Source: Eledone cirrhosa (Eukaryota). From it: a DNA stretch of 64,000 nucleotides. Below are positions 41,253 through 53,000 of the stretch, piece after piece (within the stretch, counting starts at the first letter, position 1; every line of letters starts with the position of its first letter). Location: positions 208,506,001 to 208,570,000 of the forward strand of contig OZ024740.1 in NCBI GenBank assembly GCA_964016885.1, in the 5' to 3' direction. Both the position numbers and the translations under genes were made by a program. The notes beneath the pieces are model-generated. The model had not been told where the DNA came from, did no database searches, and saw nothing but the letters and a program-made list of their open reading frames with translations.

Positions 41253-41441
41253 AGATCGGGAAAAGACAGATGAAAACAACACCTACCTTTTATTTGAGAC
41301 TGTAATAAGCAGACGACAACATGTGGTTCACTGCAGAACAGAGCTATATAGTTACACTGATAGTAATGGGGAATAGACCAAACATTGTGTTGACAGGACT
41401 TACCTCACACACACATAAACACACGTACATTCGTACGTAGG

Positions 41442-41479
<38 letters not shown>

Positions 41480-41521
41480 CATAAACACCCAGACACACAT
41501 ACACATGTACACCATCGAAAC

Positions 41522-41582
<61 letters not shown>

Positions 41583-42467
41583 CTACCTTTCTACCTTTCT
41601 ACCTACATAACCTATCTACCTTCTCACCTGTCTACCTCATTAGTTCACCAACACCCCAACACCACCATCACCGTCGCCACCTCTAACATCACCACCACTG
41701 GTGGCGGTGGTGTGTCTATGGTGTGTGTGGGGGGTGGGGGGTAAGGGCAGGTGGTCTGAGAGAGAAGAATGCCATTGTGAACAGGGAGTGGAGAGGACTG
41801 AAAGTGGAGGGGGAAGTTTATATAGCAAAGATCTCGTTGCTAACAGCAACTCACACACTCATACCCATATATGTGTGTGTAACATATATGTGGGTGGTGG
41901 TGTACATCACACACACACACAAACACAAACACCACATACACACGCACGCGCACACACAAACACCACACACACACGCACACACGCACACACACACACATAT
42001 AAATATGTATGTACATACACATGCATATATATATATATATATATATATCTATATATATATATATGTATGTATGTATGGTGATAGTGGTGGTGGCGGTTGT
42101 AGTAGTGGTGGCGTTGGTGGTGTTGGTGGTGATTTGTTGTGGTAGTGGAAGTGGTGCTGGTGCTGGTGCTGGTGGAGGCGGCGGCGGTGGTAGTGGTGGT
42201 GGTGGTGGTGGTTGCGGCGGCGGCGGCGGTGGTGGTGGAGGTGGTGGTGGTGGTGGTGGTGGTAGTGGTGGTGGTGATGATTGTAGTGGTGGTGGTAGTA
42301 GTAGTGGTGGTGGAAGTAGCAGTGGTGGGGGTAGTAGTAGTAGTATATGTTATTGATGATGTTAATGATGGTAATAGTGTTTGGTAGTTAGTATAGCGTG
42401 CAGCATCTTATTGTGTAATTGCTACCTGTAATCAGTGCCTATACTTAACCTGGGAGTTTATATATAT

Positions 42468-42498
<31 letters not shown>

Positions 42499-42630
42499 CA
42501 TGGAAAGTTATATTTAAATTGTTGGGTTACAACTAGTAAATATTTATAACTGATATAAAAGCACTCGACAAGTATTTGGAGTATATTTACAATATTAAAT
42601 AAATGGAAACTATATTTATAAAACCATATT

Positions 42631-42696
42631 TATTTCATTATATATATTTCAGGGATATCATATTAACAATATGCTATGCCTTCCTCAGACAAAATA
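42631..42696 (-). ncRNA. Hammerhead ribozyme, family B
   Basis: Minus strand reads TATTTTGT-CTGAGGA-AGGcATAgCATATT..AATATGaTATcCCT-GAAA-tatata-TA-ATGAAATA. Confidence 0.75.
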
Positions 42697-42850
42697 CAAT
42701 ATAAACAGTTTTATAGATAAATAGATTCGACATACCGTAACAACATCGACTTGTATTTGAAAAGGTTGATTTGCCAAATCAACCTTTCAAATACAAGTCG
42801 ATGTTGTTACGGTATGTCGAATCTATTTATCTATAAAACTGTTTATATTG

Positions 42851-42916
42851 TATTTTGTCTGAGGAAGGCATAGCATATTGTTAATATGATATCCCTGAAA
42901 TATATATAATGAAATA
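42851..42916 (+). ncRNA. Hammerhead ribozyme, family B
   Basis: Same motif on the plus strand: CTGAGGA at 42859, GAAA at 42897. Confidence 0.75.
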
Positions 42917-42977
42917 AATATGGTTTTATAAATATAGTTTCCATTTATTTAATATTGTATATATATATATATATATA

Positions 42978-43735
42978 TATAAGTATGCATACGTAAATAC
43001 ATATATGTTTACAGACGTACAGTAGCATATATATATATACATACATGCACACATATATATATGTACGTATGGGTTTACCGAACATATATTATAATGTTCG
43101 GTTTGTTTGTAAACAAACAGCCCGAATTACGCCGTACAGTGCTCGGCAACCATCGTCGCCCTTTTGTTCAACACTGACACAGGAACAATGTACTAGTTTC
43201 AAGCTTATTAGCTATCGTCGGCATCGTATACCTTTCTGTCAGATGATTGAACGTTTGATAGTATATACTTTCCTTATGCATATTAACGACTGAGCAGCCT
43301 AATTTGCATATCGTTTTCGGTACGCCCGGCCGACTCACTCGATATGCAAATTAGGCTGCTCAGTCGTTAATATGCATAAGGAAAGTATATACTTTCAAAC
43401 GTTCAATCATCTGACAGAAAGGTATACGATGCTGACGATAGCTAATAAGCTTGTAACTAGTACATCGTTCCTGCGTCAGTGTTGAACAAAAAGGGCGACG
43501 ATGGTTGCCGAGCACTGTACGGCGTAATTCGGGCTGTTTGTTTACAAACAAACCGAACATTATAATATATGTTCGGTAAACCCATACGTACATATATATA
43601 TGTGTGCATGTATGTATATATATATACATACTACTGTACGTCTGTAAACATATATGTATGTACGTATGCATACTTATATTTAGGTATCAGTCGTACTAAG
43701 AGTGGGAAATGAAATTTCGTTTCATTCTCTTCCAT
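42978..43735. mobile_element. Inverted pair of family A elements (arms ~335 bp); both HHR cores mutated
   Basis: The minus-strand HHR at 43186-43226 has CCGACGA. The plus-strand HHR at 43427-43467 has GTAA in place of GAAA. The spacer is ~25 bp at ~43314-43338. Confidence 0.85.
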
Positions 43736-43784
43736 ATATATATATATATATATAGTTATGTAATAAACAACATAGGATAATTAT

Positions 43785-43845
43785 TTCATTTACCAGTGGT
43801 TTCTTGAAGACAGATATTTATGTGTCTTCATTCATCAGAAAAATA
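43785..43845 (-). ncRNA. Hammerhead ribozyme candidate, family D
   Basis: Minus strand reads CTGATGA-a-TGAAGACA-loop-TGTCTTCA-a-GAAA-CCACTGG-TA. Stem I is weak. Confidence 0.55.
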
Positions 43846-44027
43846 ATATGAAATATTTATTTAATATGGATTTGAAAGCAGGGTTTAGGATAAATGAAAG
43901 TGAGGCTGAAATAAAATAACGGGCAAAAATATATAAATATATATATATATATATATAATCAAGGTTTAGCAAATAGAGAAAAACGTTTTAAATATATTTT
44001 TAAAAGTTTACTGTACCTACTATATTT

Positions 44028-44111
44028 ACCCTTACCGCGCGGTTTCAAGTCTCAAAAGAAATGGATAATCCATGCGGAAATTCATTGAGAAGAAGACTTT
44101 CGTCAGAGGGT
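44028..44111 (-). ncRNA. Hammerhead ribozyme, family E (intact)
   Basis: Minus strand reads ACCCT-CTGACGA-AAGTCT..(extended)..AGACTT-GAAA-CCGCGCGG-TA-AGGGT. All three stems pair. Confidence 0.8.
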
Positions 44112-44658
44112 TTTTCTCAGTCGGAGAATATAAAATTCCCGAGTTCAAATCACGAACTGGCGCCATACATAACTGTTCCCGGATGAGAGTGTATGATGAA
44201 GAAACAATCTTGTCTAGTGCCATGTGTAAAGATAGAAGGCAAGAGCGGAAAGGTCAATGTCCTGCCACTAGAAATATATATATATAGTTCATTTTTGAAT
44301 TTGTTTTGCAAGATTTCTTATCTGAAAACGTGTGTTGAAACCGATATTGTTATACTTAGGGAGGGTCATGTTGCCAATAAAAACACACGCACCCGTTGTT
44401 TTCACTTCAATTTATTATAAGTTTCTGGTTGGTTGGTTCGATAACCGGATAGTTGTTTATATATTGTCACAGCTCTTTCGTCACACATTCTGTGAACTCC
44501 TTAGTGTCTGTTTTTTTTTGGTTTTGTGCCTCTCCTTTGTTCTGTTCTACACCATCTTGTTTTTGTGTGTTGTGTGTTGTTTGCTTTAGTTTGCGCATGC
44601 CTTACATCCGGGTGTGTGTGTGTGTTTATTTATTTATTTATGTGTTTATTTCAAAGAT

Positions 44659-45018
44659 CAGAATCCCACCTTCCACAGAATCCCAACTTCCCCAGAATCC
44701 CACCTTCCCCAGAATCCCACCTTCCACAGAATCCCACCTTCTACAGAATCCCAACTTCTACAGAATCCCACCTTCCACAGAATCCCACCTTCCACAGAAT
44801 CCCAACTTCCCCAGAATCCCACCTTCCCCAGAATCCCACCTTCCACAGAATCCCACCTTCCACAGAATCCCATCTTCCACAGAATCCCAACTTCCACAGA
44901 ATCCCACCTTCCACAGAATCCCATCTTCCACAGAATCCCAAAATCCTAACTTCCCCAGAATCCCAACTTCCACAGAATCCCAACTTCCACAGAATCCCAC
45001 CTTCCACAGAATCCCACC
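44659..45018. repeat. 17-bp minisatellite (cagaatcccaccttcca)n, ~21 copies
   Basis: Read directly. Confidence 0.95.
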
Positions 45019-45109
45019 CGGCAATGTAATTAACCCAATAAAACTAGAGGCAGGTAAAAATCATCATTGCAAATCACAGTTATCCCCAACATTAAGAACA
45101 ATTCGTAAC

Positions 45110-46852
45110 TAGTTATATGAGGAAATTTGGGTTTGTGTCAGGTAAAAGTACCACAGACGCTCTTTTCCTTGTACGGCAACTACAGGAGAAGTACCTAGCT
45201 AAAAGTAAACCCCTATACTTAGCTTTTGTTGACTTGGAGAAAGCATTTGACAGAGTCACCCGCGCCATTATCCGGCGGGCCCTTAGAAAATTAGGGGTTG
45301 ATGAATGGCTTGTGAGAGCTATACAAGCCATGTATAAAGAAACAGTCAGCAAGGTTAGAATTAACGAATATAGTGAAGAATTTAGCGTAAAAGTTGGTGT
45401 TCATCAGGGCTCCGCCCTTAGCCCCCTCCTATTTATTATTGCCCTTCGGGCCATAACAGAGGAGTTCAAAACCGGCTGCCCATGGGAACTCCTCTATGCA
45501 GATGATCTAACGCTCATAGCTGACTCGGTAGATGAACTAGAGAAGCAATTCCAAACATGGAAGCATGGCCTAGAATCAAAATTCCTTAAAGTTAACTTGT
45601 CTAAGACTAAAGTTCTAGTAAAATAGGGCACAGGTCCCCTCTGGGAAATGGCCATGCTCAGTGTGTAGGAAAGGAGTAGGTAGAAATTCCATTTTATGTC
45701 CCAAATGCAAAGTATGGGTGCATAAAAGATGTAGTGGGATCACAGGTAAGCTATCTAAGAACGTAGATGTTATATGTGGTCGGTGCTCAGGTGCAATAAG
45801 TAGCAAGCGCCCACAGGATACCAGCTCCTTCTATTGCCCAGATGGTTCTATAGAAATAGTGGACACCTTCCGTTACCTGGGTGACAAAATCAGCAGTGGT
45901 GGAGGGTGCTCAGAAAGTACAGTAGCCAGAGTCAGAACGGGATGGAAAAGGTTCAGAGAGCTTATACCACTATTGGCCGCTAAAGGTTTCTCTCTAAAAA
46001 TGAAAGGCAGACTGTATGATGCCTGCATACGAACAGCAATGTTACATGGCAGTGAGACATGGGCATTGTGTGCAGAGGATCTGCGCAGACTGCAGAGGAA
46101 CGAAGCATGGATGTGTAATAGTAATATACGTGAACAGCAAAGCATAAATGAACTAAGTGAGAAATTAGGTATAAGGGGAATCAGATGCTGTTTACTCCAG
46201 AGAAGACTACGTTGGTATGGTCACGTGATGTGCATGAAAGACAACAGCTGTATAAAAAAGTGCAGGACGATCAAAATTGATGGAAGCTACGGAGTAGTTA
46301 GACCCATAAAAACCTGGGACGATTTGATAAATTCCGACCTTACACACACCTCTCTAAGACAATGTCGCTGGACCAAGATCTTTGGCTCTACGCAGTAATA
46401 CAGAAAACCCGCCTTGCCTAAGTACAAAGCGAAACCTACAGTCAGTAGGCACCTCTTAACCAAATATACACCCCCACCCCCACCACCCCTCCCACTCCCC
46501 CAACTCCCCCCAACCCCCAACCCCCGTCAACAACACCCCTTTCTCTGTAAAGTTATGTTGGTACCACAACATCCAGTCCTAAATAAATGAGGTCGTCTAG
46601 GTGTCACGACAAAAAAACACGCAGTCCACGCTGTAATGTGGCCGTGTAGGTAACACGGTAAAAACCTCCCAGTCGACACTATAAACGTGGTTGGTGTTAG
46701 GAAGGGCATCTAGCCGTAGAAAACCTGCCAGACAGTCCCATACGAGCGAGACAACCAATCTTGCCTCAAGTGGGACAATTCCCGTCTAAACCCATGCTAG
46801 CGTGGAAGATAGACGTTAAACGATGATGATGATGATAATGATGATGATGATG
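45110..46852 (+). mobile_element. 5'-truncated RTE-clade LINE (RT + PHD-like zinc finger, 3' UTR, (GAT)n tail)
   Basis: RT motifs FGFVSGKSTTDALF, AFVDLEKAFDRV, GVHQGSALSPLLF, LLYADDL. Zinc finger CSVC..CPKC..VHKRC..CGRC. Downstream FRYLG and RRLRWYGHV. 3' ggaagggcatctagccgt..acgttaaacgatgatgat. Frameshift near 45625. Confidence 0.9.
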
Positions 46853-46899
46853 AATATGTATCTATTGACTAGTAATTCTTCAAGGAATCGTAGGAGTGC

Positions 46900-48010
46900 C
46901 ACCGAAACATGCGGCGTATCTTGGGTATTTTCAACATGGCGGATACCCTCCTTCTCCAAGTCTGAACAGAGAGGATTACACGAAGAAATACAGAGATAGT
47001 AATAAAGCACAAAAGAAATATACTTTTGCACAATTAGACATCGCAAACTATTATCCCTCCATCACAAAACACTTCCCTCTAAAAGCAATCTTTTTTGTAT
47101 TTGTTTCGTAAGGGATTTTTATATGAAATCGTGTGTTGAAATATATATTGTTATATTTGGGGAGGGTCACAACGGGAGGAAACAGCGATAATCACTGAAG
47201 ATGTCATAGAAATGTGTGACGAAAGAACGTTAATAAATCAAATATATATTTATATTTTTTATTGTTGGCCAATCAATGATAAACATTGATTGCCATCTAA
47301 ATTATTTATAGAAACATAAAATATATACTGAAGCGATAACCAAACCAAACCGTGAGTGTGTTTTGCTTTTTTGTGTGTGTGTGTGTTTTTGTAATATTAG
47401 GACAACATGATCCTGCTCAAATATTTAAAAAAATCTTATTTGCTAACCAATTATGAACGTTATTATGCATGCCAAGCAAACCTTATTTTCATTTGATAAC
47501 AAAATTTTGATAAAAATGAATTCCACCAAATCTTTTGACGTTAGTATGGGTGTATTTGATTTGTACAGACCCCTCTAATATCACTCAAATCCCTTAAAAA
47601 ACACTAAGTGCACTCCAGCACACCACACAACTACATCTTTCAACTGCAGAACCCAACATTGAATTAACATAAATTAAATACCTCCCCAAAAACATTGCTA
47701 AAATGCTAAAATTACCACTCAATGTCCAGATGACACTACATAGACGCCTTTTAAAATGGATTCAAACTTCAAACTTCGTCTACATTGGACTTGGGCACAT
47801 TTTGAATGTGATCCCAAGAGATAGATACTACATTAGTTAACCCTGTTTGGAACTTAAAAGATTCAGACACACCATACTCCATCACTTGGAGCATATTAGA
47901 GAGGCTGAATCTCAGAACTAAGATTCTGAATTTGACTCCTGCATTTCCAAGAAAAGAGAAATTCTATTTAGCACACATGATATTCTTAACAAGAGTTAAA
48001 TTCAAATTAC
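46900..48010 (+). pseudogene. Highly degraded Penelope-like RT/endonuclease fragments, interrupted at ~47095-47425
   Basis: YTFAQLDIANYYPSITK (RT motif A), IIMHAKQTLF..FDVSMG (~47460-47550) and PYSITWSILE (~47870-47900). Confidence 0.55.
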
Positions 48011-49627
48011 AGGCAGAAATATTCCTCCCCCACCGATAACACGAGGCCATGCCTTAAATACACCCACACCTATGACACAAAACCATACTCTATATAATTT
48101 CATACAGAAGTGTGCGTCCGTATTCAGGGATTCCCATGTGTCTGTATTTGCAGTTTTATCGTAACCACATAAACATAGAAAGGTTCACCTGCATGCACAG
48201 ATTTCCATGTGTCTGTATTTGCAGGGTATGGGTTAGAATATCTCAGGAAAAGAATCGCTGCTCAGATTTTACGGGCAAAACCAACTGGCAGGAGACCCAG
48301 AGGTAGACCCTGAACAAGATGGTTGGATAACATCCATGAACTTGGCTGGTCGCGCTTGGGTATCGTGCCGGATGGTCGGAGACAGTTGCTTCTGATAGGA
48401 CCCATTGGAAGAAGTGTTTGAGGACTCTGCCTCCACGATCCTCTCAGGAATAAGTGGGCGAAGAAGAATATATATAACTGTTTGTACCGACACCCTTTTC
48501 GTACTACTTGGCTATATCTTTGTATATGTGTATGAACGTATCCGTGTTAATACTGCTATGTACCATTAGCCGTGTATGGATATATATGTATCAATATTAT
48601 GCATACGTGCACATTCACCTAGTTTAAATCGTGTGATCAAATTCATCTACGCAGTGTACATGTATCTGTGTAAAATATATACAATGTTACAGATAGCATG
48701 TGTATTAATGCTCATACATGCTTGCAATGTTTGGCTGTGTACGTGTATATATGAAGCGACATTTTGGGTTGGTGTGAAAAAGGATGATAAACATGGCAGA
48801 TACCAATAATTCTGGTTGAATACATAACTTTACTTCACTTCAGCAAAACAGGAAAAATAATATGATTACTTCGAATCATAAATATAAAGTTTGATTGTAG
48901 TATTCACAAATAAATGTAGTGTTCAAAAAGGCTTCTGCGATTTCCCCTTAAATAGTGAAAAGTTGTAGTCAGATAGTACGTACCAGCATAGGTAGGAGTG
49001 GCAAGGAAGCTGTGTTGTCTCAGTGAAGAGGCAGGTGACTGAGTGTGGTTGAAAGGCCAATGGAAGAATTGGTGTCGGGCCCTTGTCGAGAGGGTCGAAG
49101 TTTTTTGTTTTTGTTTTTGTTTTCTTTTCTTTTTCTTTTTTCTTTTTTTTTTGCTAAGTGCTACATCTCGCTACTTGCTCGAGCAGCTCGAAGTGATCCT
49201 TCTCTTTCGGGGAACCAGAGTAGATGACCCAAAGAAAAACTTATCTCATTTAACCTCAAGTTGGCCAACCTCTCCAGACCACTGAGGCCTACCTCAGATA
49301 AAGAGAAACAGCAGCAAGATGTCACTCGGGGGTCAGTATATGAGAATATATTTCGCGTTAGTTGTTGTTGTCTTTGTATATTTGTGTGTGCAGTATGTGT
49401 ATGTTGCTTTTATGTTTGGGTGTGCAGGGTCATCCTCAGTGGCTGTATATGCATGCAACATGCACATGCATGTAAAACCCAGTGTATGTATAAAGGCACG
49501 TCATTTCAATGTGTGCATGAATGCGTGTGTTTATACGCTTTACTTATCCATGCACATTGGATATATATATATATATATATATACAATGATATTAAATAAA
49601 TGGAAACTATATTTATAAAACCATATT

Positions 49628-49692
49628 TATTTTATTATATATATATTTCAAGGGTACCAAGACACATTGGTACGCTTTCTTCAGATAAAATA
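49628..49692 (-). ncRNA. Hammerhead ribozyme, family B (intact core)
   Basis: Minus strand reads TATTTTAT-CTGAAGA-AAGcGTACCAA..TTGGTACcCTT-GAAA-tatatata-TA-ATAAAATA. Confidence 0.78.
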
Positions 49693-49774
49693 CAAAGTTT
49701 GTTTTATAAATAGAGACATACCCATGGGTATGTCTCTATTCCTGGGTATGTCTCTATTTATAAAACAAACTTTG

Positions 49775-49837
49775 TATTTTATTTGAAGAAAGCATACCAA
49801 AGTGTTTTGGTACCCTTGAAATATATATAATAAAATA
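49775..49837 (+). ncRNA. Hammerhead ribozyme, family B (core mutated to TTGAAGA)
   Basis: Inverted copy of 49628-49692 with a C-to-T change in the catalytic core. Confidence 0.6.
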
Positions 49838-50056
49838 AATATGGTTTATAAATATAGTTTCCATTTATTTAAAATCATTGAATATTTACTCCAGTAAACA
49901 GTTGAGTGCTCTAAATCAGTTATAAACATTTATATTTGTCAGACTTTCAACAAATTAAATGCTCCTTCTACAAAAGCATAAGAACTATGAAACCAGTAAA
50001 ATAAATGAATAAATATCCTTAAAAAACTCCATTTGCACATTTAATTTCTTTTCTTT

Positions 50057-53000
50057 GGGGTTAGGTTAGCGTTAGGGTTAGGGTTCGGGTTAGGGTTAGC
50101 GTTAGGGTTAGCATTAGGGTTAGGGTTAAGGTTAGCGTTAGGGTTAGGATTAACGTTAGGAATAGGGTTAGGGTTAAGGTTAGGGTTAGCGTTAAGGTTA
50201 GGGTTAGCGTTAGTAATATGGTTAGGGTTAGGGTTAAGGTTAGGGTTAGCGTTACGGTTAGGGTTAGGTTTAGGGTTAGGGTTATGGTGAGGGTTAGGTT
50301 TAGCATTAGGGTTATGGTTAGGGTTAGGTTTAGCGTTAGGGTTAGGGTTAGGGTTAGCTTTAGGGTAAAAGTGAGGGTTAGGGTAAGGGTTAGCGTTGGG
50401 GTTAGGGTTAGCGTTAGGGTTAGTGTTAGCGTTAGCGTCAGGTTTAGGGATAGGATTAGGGTTAGCGTTATAGGGTTAGCGTTAGGTTGAGCGTTAGGGT
50501 GAGTGTTAGGGTTAGCTATAGTGTTAGGATTAGGGTTAGGGTTAACTTAATGTTAGGGGTAGCGTTAGAGTTAGGGTTACGGTTAGGGTTAGGGTTAGCC
50601 ATAGGGTTAGGTCTAGGGTTAGGGTTCGCGTTAGCTATATGTTTAGGGTTAGGGTTAGCGTTAGTGTTAGGGTAGGGTTAGGGTTAGTGATAGGGTTAGG
50701 ATTAGGGTTAGCGTTAGGCTTAGCGTTAGGGTTAGGGTTAGGATTAGGATTAGGGTCAGGGTTAGGGTTAGTGTTAGGATAAGGGTTAGTGTTAGAGTTC
50801 GGGTTAAGGTTAGGGTTAGAGTTAGGGTTAGGGTTACGGTTAGGGTTAGGGTTGGGGTTAGCGTTAGGGTTAAGGTTAGGGTTAGTATTAGGGTTAGAGT
50901 TAGGTTTAGCGTTAGGGTTACCGTTATGGTTAGGGTTAGGGTTAGGGTTAGGGTTAGAGTTAGGGATAGGGTTTGGGGATAGGGTTAGTATTAACGTTAG
51001 GGTTAAGATTCAGGTTAGGGTTACTGTTAGGTTAAGGTTATGGTTAGTGTTAGTGTTACGTTTAGCATCAGGGTTAGGGTTAGCGTTAGGATTAGGATTA
51101 GGGTTGGTGTTAGGGTAGGATAAGTGTTACGGTTAGAGTTACCGTTATGGCTAGGGTTAGGTTTAGTGTTAGGGTTACGTTTAGGGTTAGAGTTAGTCTT
51201 AGTGTTAGGTTTAGTGTTAGTGTTAGGGTTAGGGTTAGGGTTAGCATTTGGGTTAGAGTTAACATTAGGGTTAGGGTTAGGTATAGCGTTATGGTTAGGG
51301 TTAGCGTTAGGGTTACGTTTAGCATCAGAGTTAGGGTTAGTGTTAGCGTTAAAATTAGGGTTATCGTTAGGAATGTGGTTAGGGTTAGGGTTAAGGTTAG
51401 GGTTAGCATTAGGGTTAGGGTTAGGTTTAGGGTTATGGTTAGGGTAAGGGATAGCGTTAGGGTTACTGTTAGGGATAGGGTTAGCGTTAGGGTAAGGGTT
51501 AGGGAAGGGTTAGGTTAAGGGTTAGGGTTATCGTTGGGGTTAGTGATAGCGTTAGGGTTAGTGTTAGCGTTAGCGTCATATTTACAGATAGCGTTAGGGT
51601 TAGGGTTAGCGTTAGGATTAAAGTTATGGTTAGCGTTAGGGTTAGCGTTAGGGTTAGCGTTAGGGTTAGTGTTAGGATTAGGGTTACCCTTTTGAAAAGC
51701 ATAAGATCTGTGAAACCAGTATCGTAAATGAATAAAAATCCTTTAAAAACTCCAGTTGCATATTTAATTTTCTTTTCCTTAGGGTTAGGGTTATGGCTAG
51801 GGCTAGCATTAGGTTTAGGGTAGGGCTAGGGTTAGTGCTAGGGCTAGAGCTAGGGCAGAGCTAGAGCTAGGGTTAGGATTGTGGTTAGAGCTAGAGCTAG
51901 GGTCAGGGTTAGAGTTAGCGTTAGGGTTAGGGTTAGAGATAGGGTTAGAGTTAGGGTTATTGTTAGCGTTAAGGTTAGGGTTAGCGTTAGAAATAGGGTT
52001 AGGGTTAAGGTTAGGGTTAGCGTTAGGGTTAGGGTTAGGTTTAGGGTTTGGGTTATGGTTAGGGTTAGGGTTTACGTTAGGGTTAGGGTTAGGGAAGGGT
52101 TAGGGTTAGGGTTAGGGTTAGCGTCAAGTTTAGGGATAGGGTTAGGGTAAGCATTCGGGTTAGCGTTAGAGTTAGGGTTAGGGTTAGCGTTAGGGTTAGT
52201 GTTAGCGTTAGGATTAGGGTTACCCTTATGTTAGGGTTAGGGTTAAGGTTAGCTTTAGGGTTAGAGTTAGGGTTATTGTTAGCGTTAGGGTTAGGGTTAG
52301 CGATAGGGTTAGGGTTAGCGTTAGGATTAGGGTTAGACTTAGGGTTAGGATTACCGTTATGCTTAGGGTTAGGGTTTTGGTTAGCGTCAGGGTTAGGCTT
52401 AGGGTTAAGGTTAGAGCTAGCGTTAGGGTTAGGGTTAGGGTTAGCGTTAGGGTTAGGGTTAGGGTTAGGGTTAGGATTAGGGTTATGGTTAGGGATAGCG
52501 TTAAGTTTAGGGTTAGGGTTAGGATTAGGTTTACCGTTACTGTTAGGGTTAGCGTTAGGGTTAGAGTTATGGTATAGGTTTAGTGTTATGGTTACTGTTA
52601 TGGTTAGGATTAGGGTAAGGGTTAGCATTAGGGTTAGGGCTAGGTTTCGGCTTAACGTTAGGGTTAGGGTTAGAGCTAGGTTTAGTGTTAGCGTTAAGGT
52701 TTAGATTAGGATTAGCGTTAGTGTCAGGGTTAGCTTTAGGGTTAGGGTTAGCGTTAGGGTTAGTGTTAGGGTTAGAGATAGATTTAGTGTTAGGCATAGC
52801 GTTAGGGTTAGTGTTAGCGTTAGGGTTAGTGTTAGGGTTAGTGTTAGGTTAGGGTAAGTGTTAGGCTTAGGGTTAGGGTTAAGTTTAGGATTAGGTTTAG
52901 CGTTAGAGTTAGGGTTAGCGTTAGTGTTAGGGTTAGTGTTAGGGTTAGGGTTAGGGTTCGGGTTAGTGTTGGGGTTAAAGTTAGTGTTAGGGTTAAGGCT

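Larger units (their letters stand above)
42588..42959. repeat. Near-perfect palindrome (~185-bp arms) of the family B element
   Basis: Centre ..ttgattt-gcc-aaatcaa.. at ~42773. Each arm carries an HHR. Confidence 0.92.
49590..49875. repeat. Family B palindrome next to the telomeric array
   Basis: Arms ~130 bp around a spacer-less core aatagagacatacccatgggtatgtctctatt, plus a 16-bp duplication. Confidence 0.9.

Noticed and set aside
44453-45112. Pro-rich repeat ORFs in all frames
   Set aside because: They come from a stop-free 17-bp minisatellite; 17 is not a multiple of 3.
47190-47235. CTGAAGA-tgtca..tgac-GAAA HHR-like motif
   Set aside because: Core and stem II are present but stems I and III have decayed, so it is not listed as a feature.
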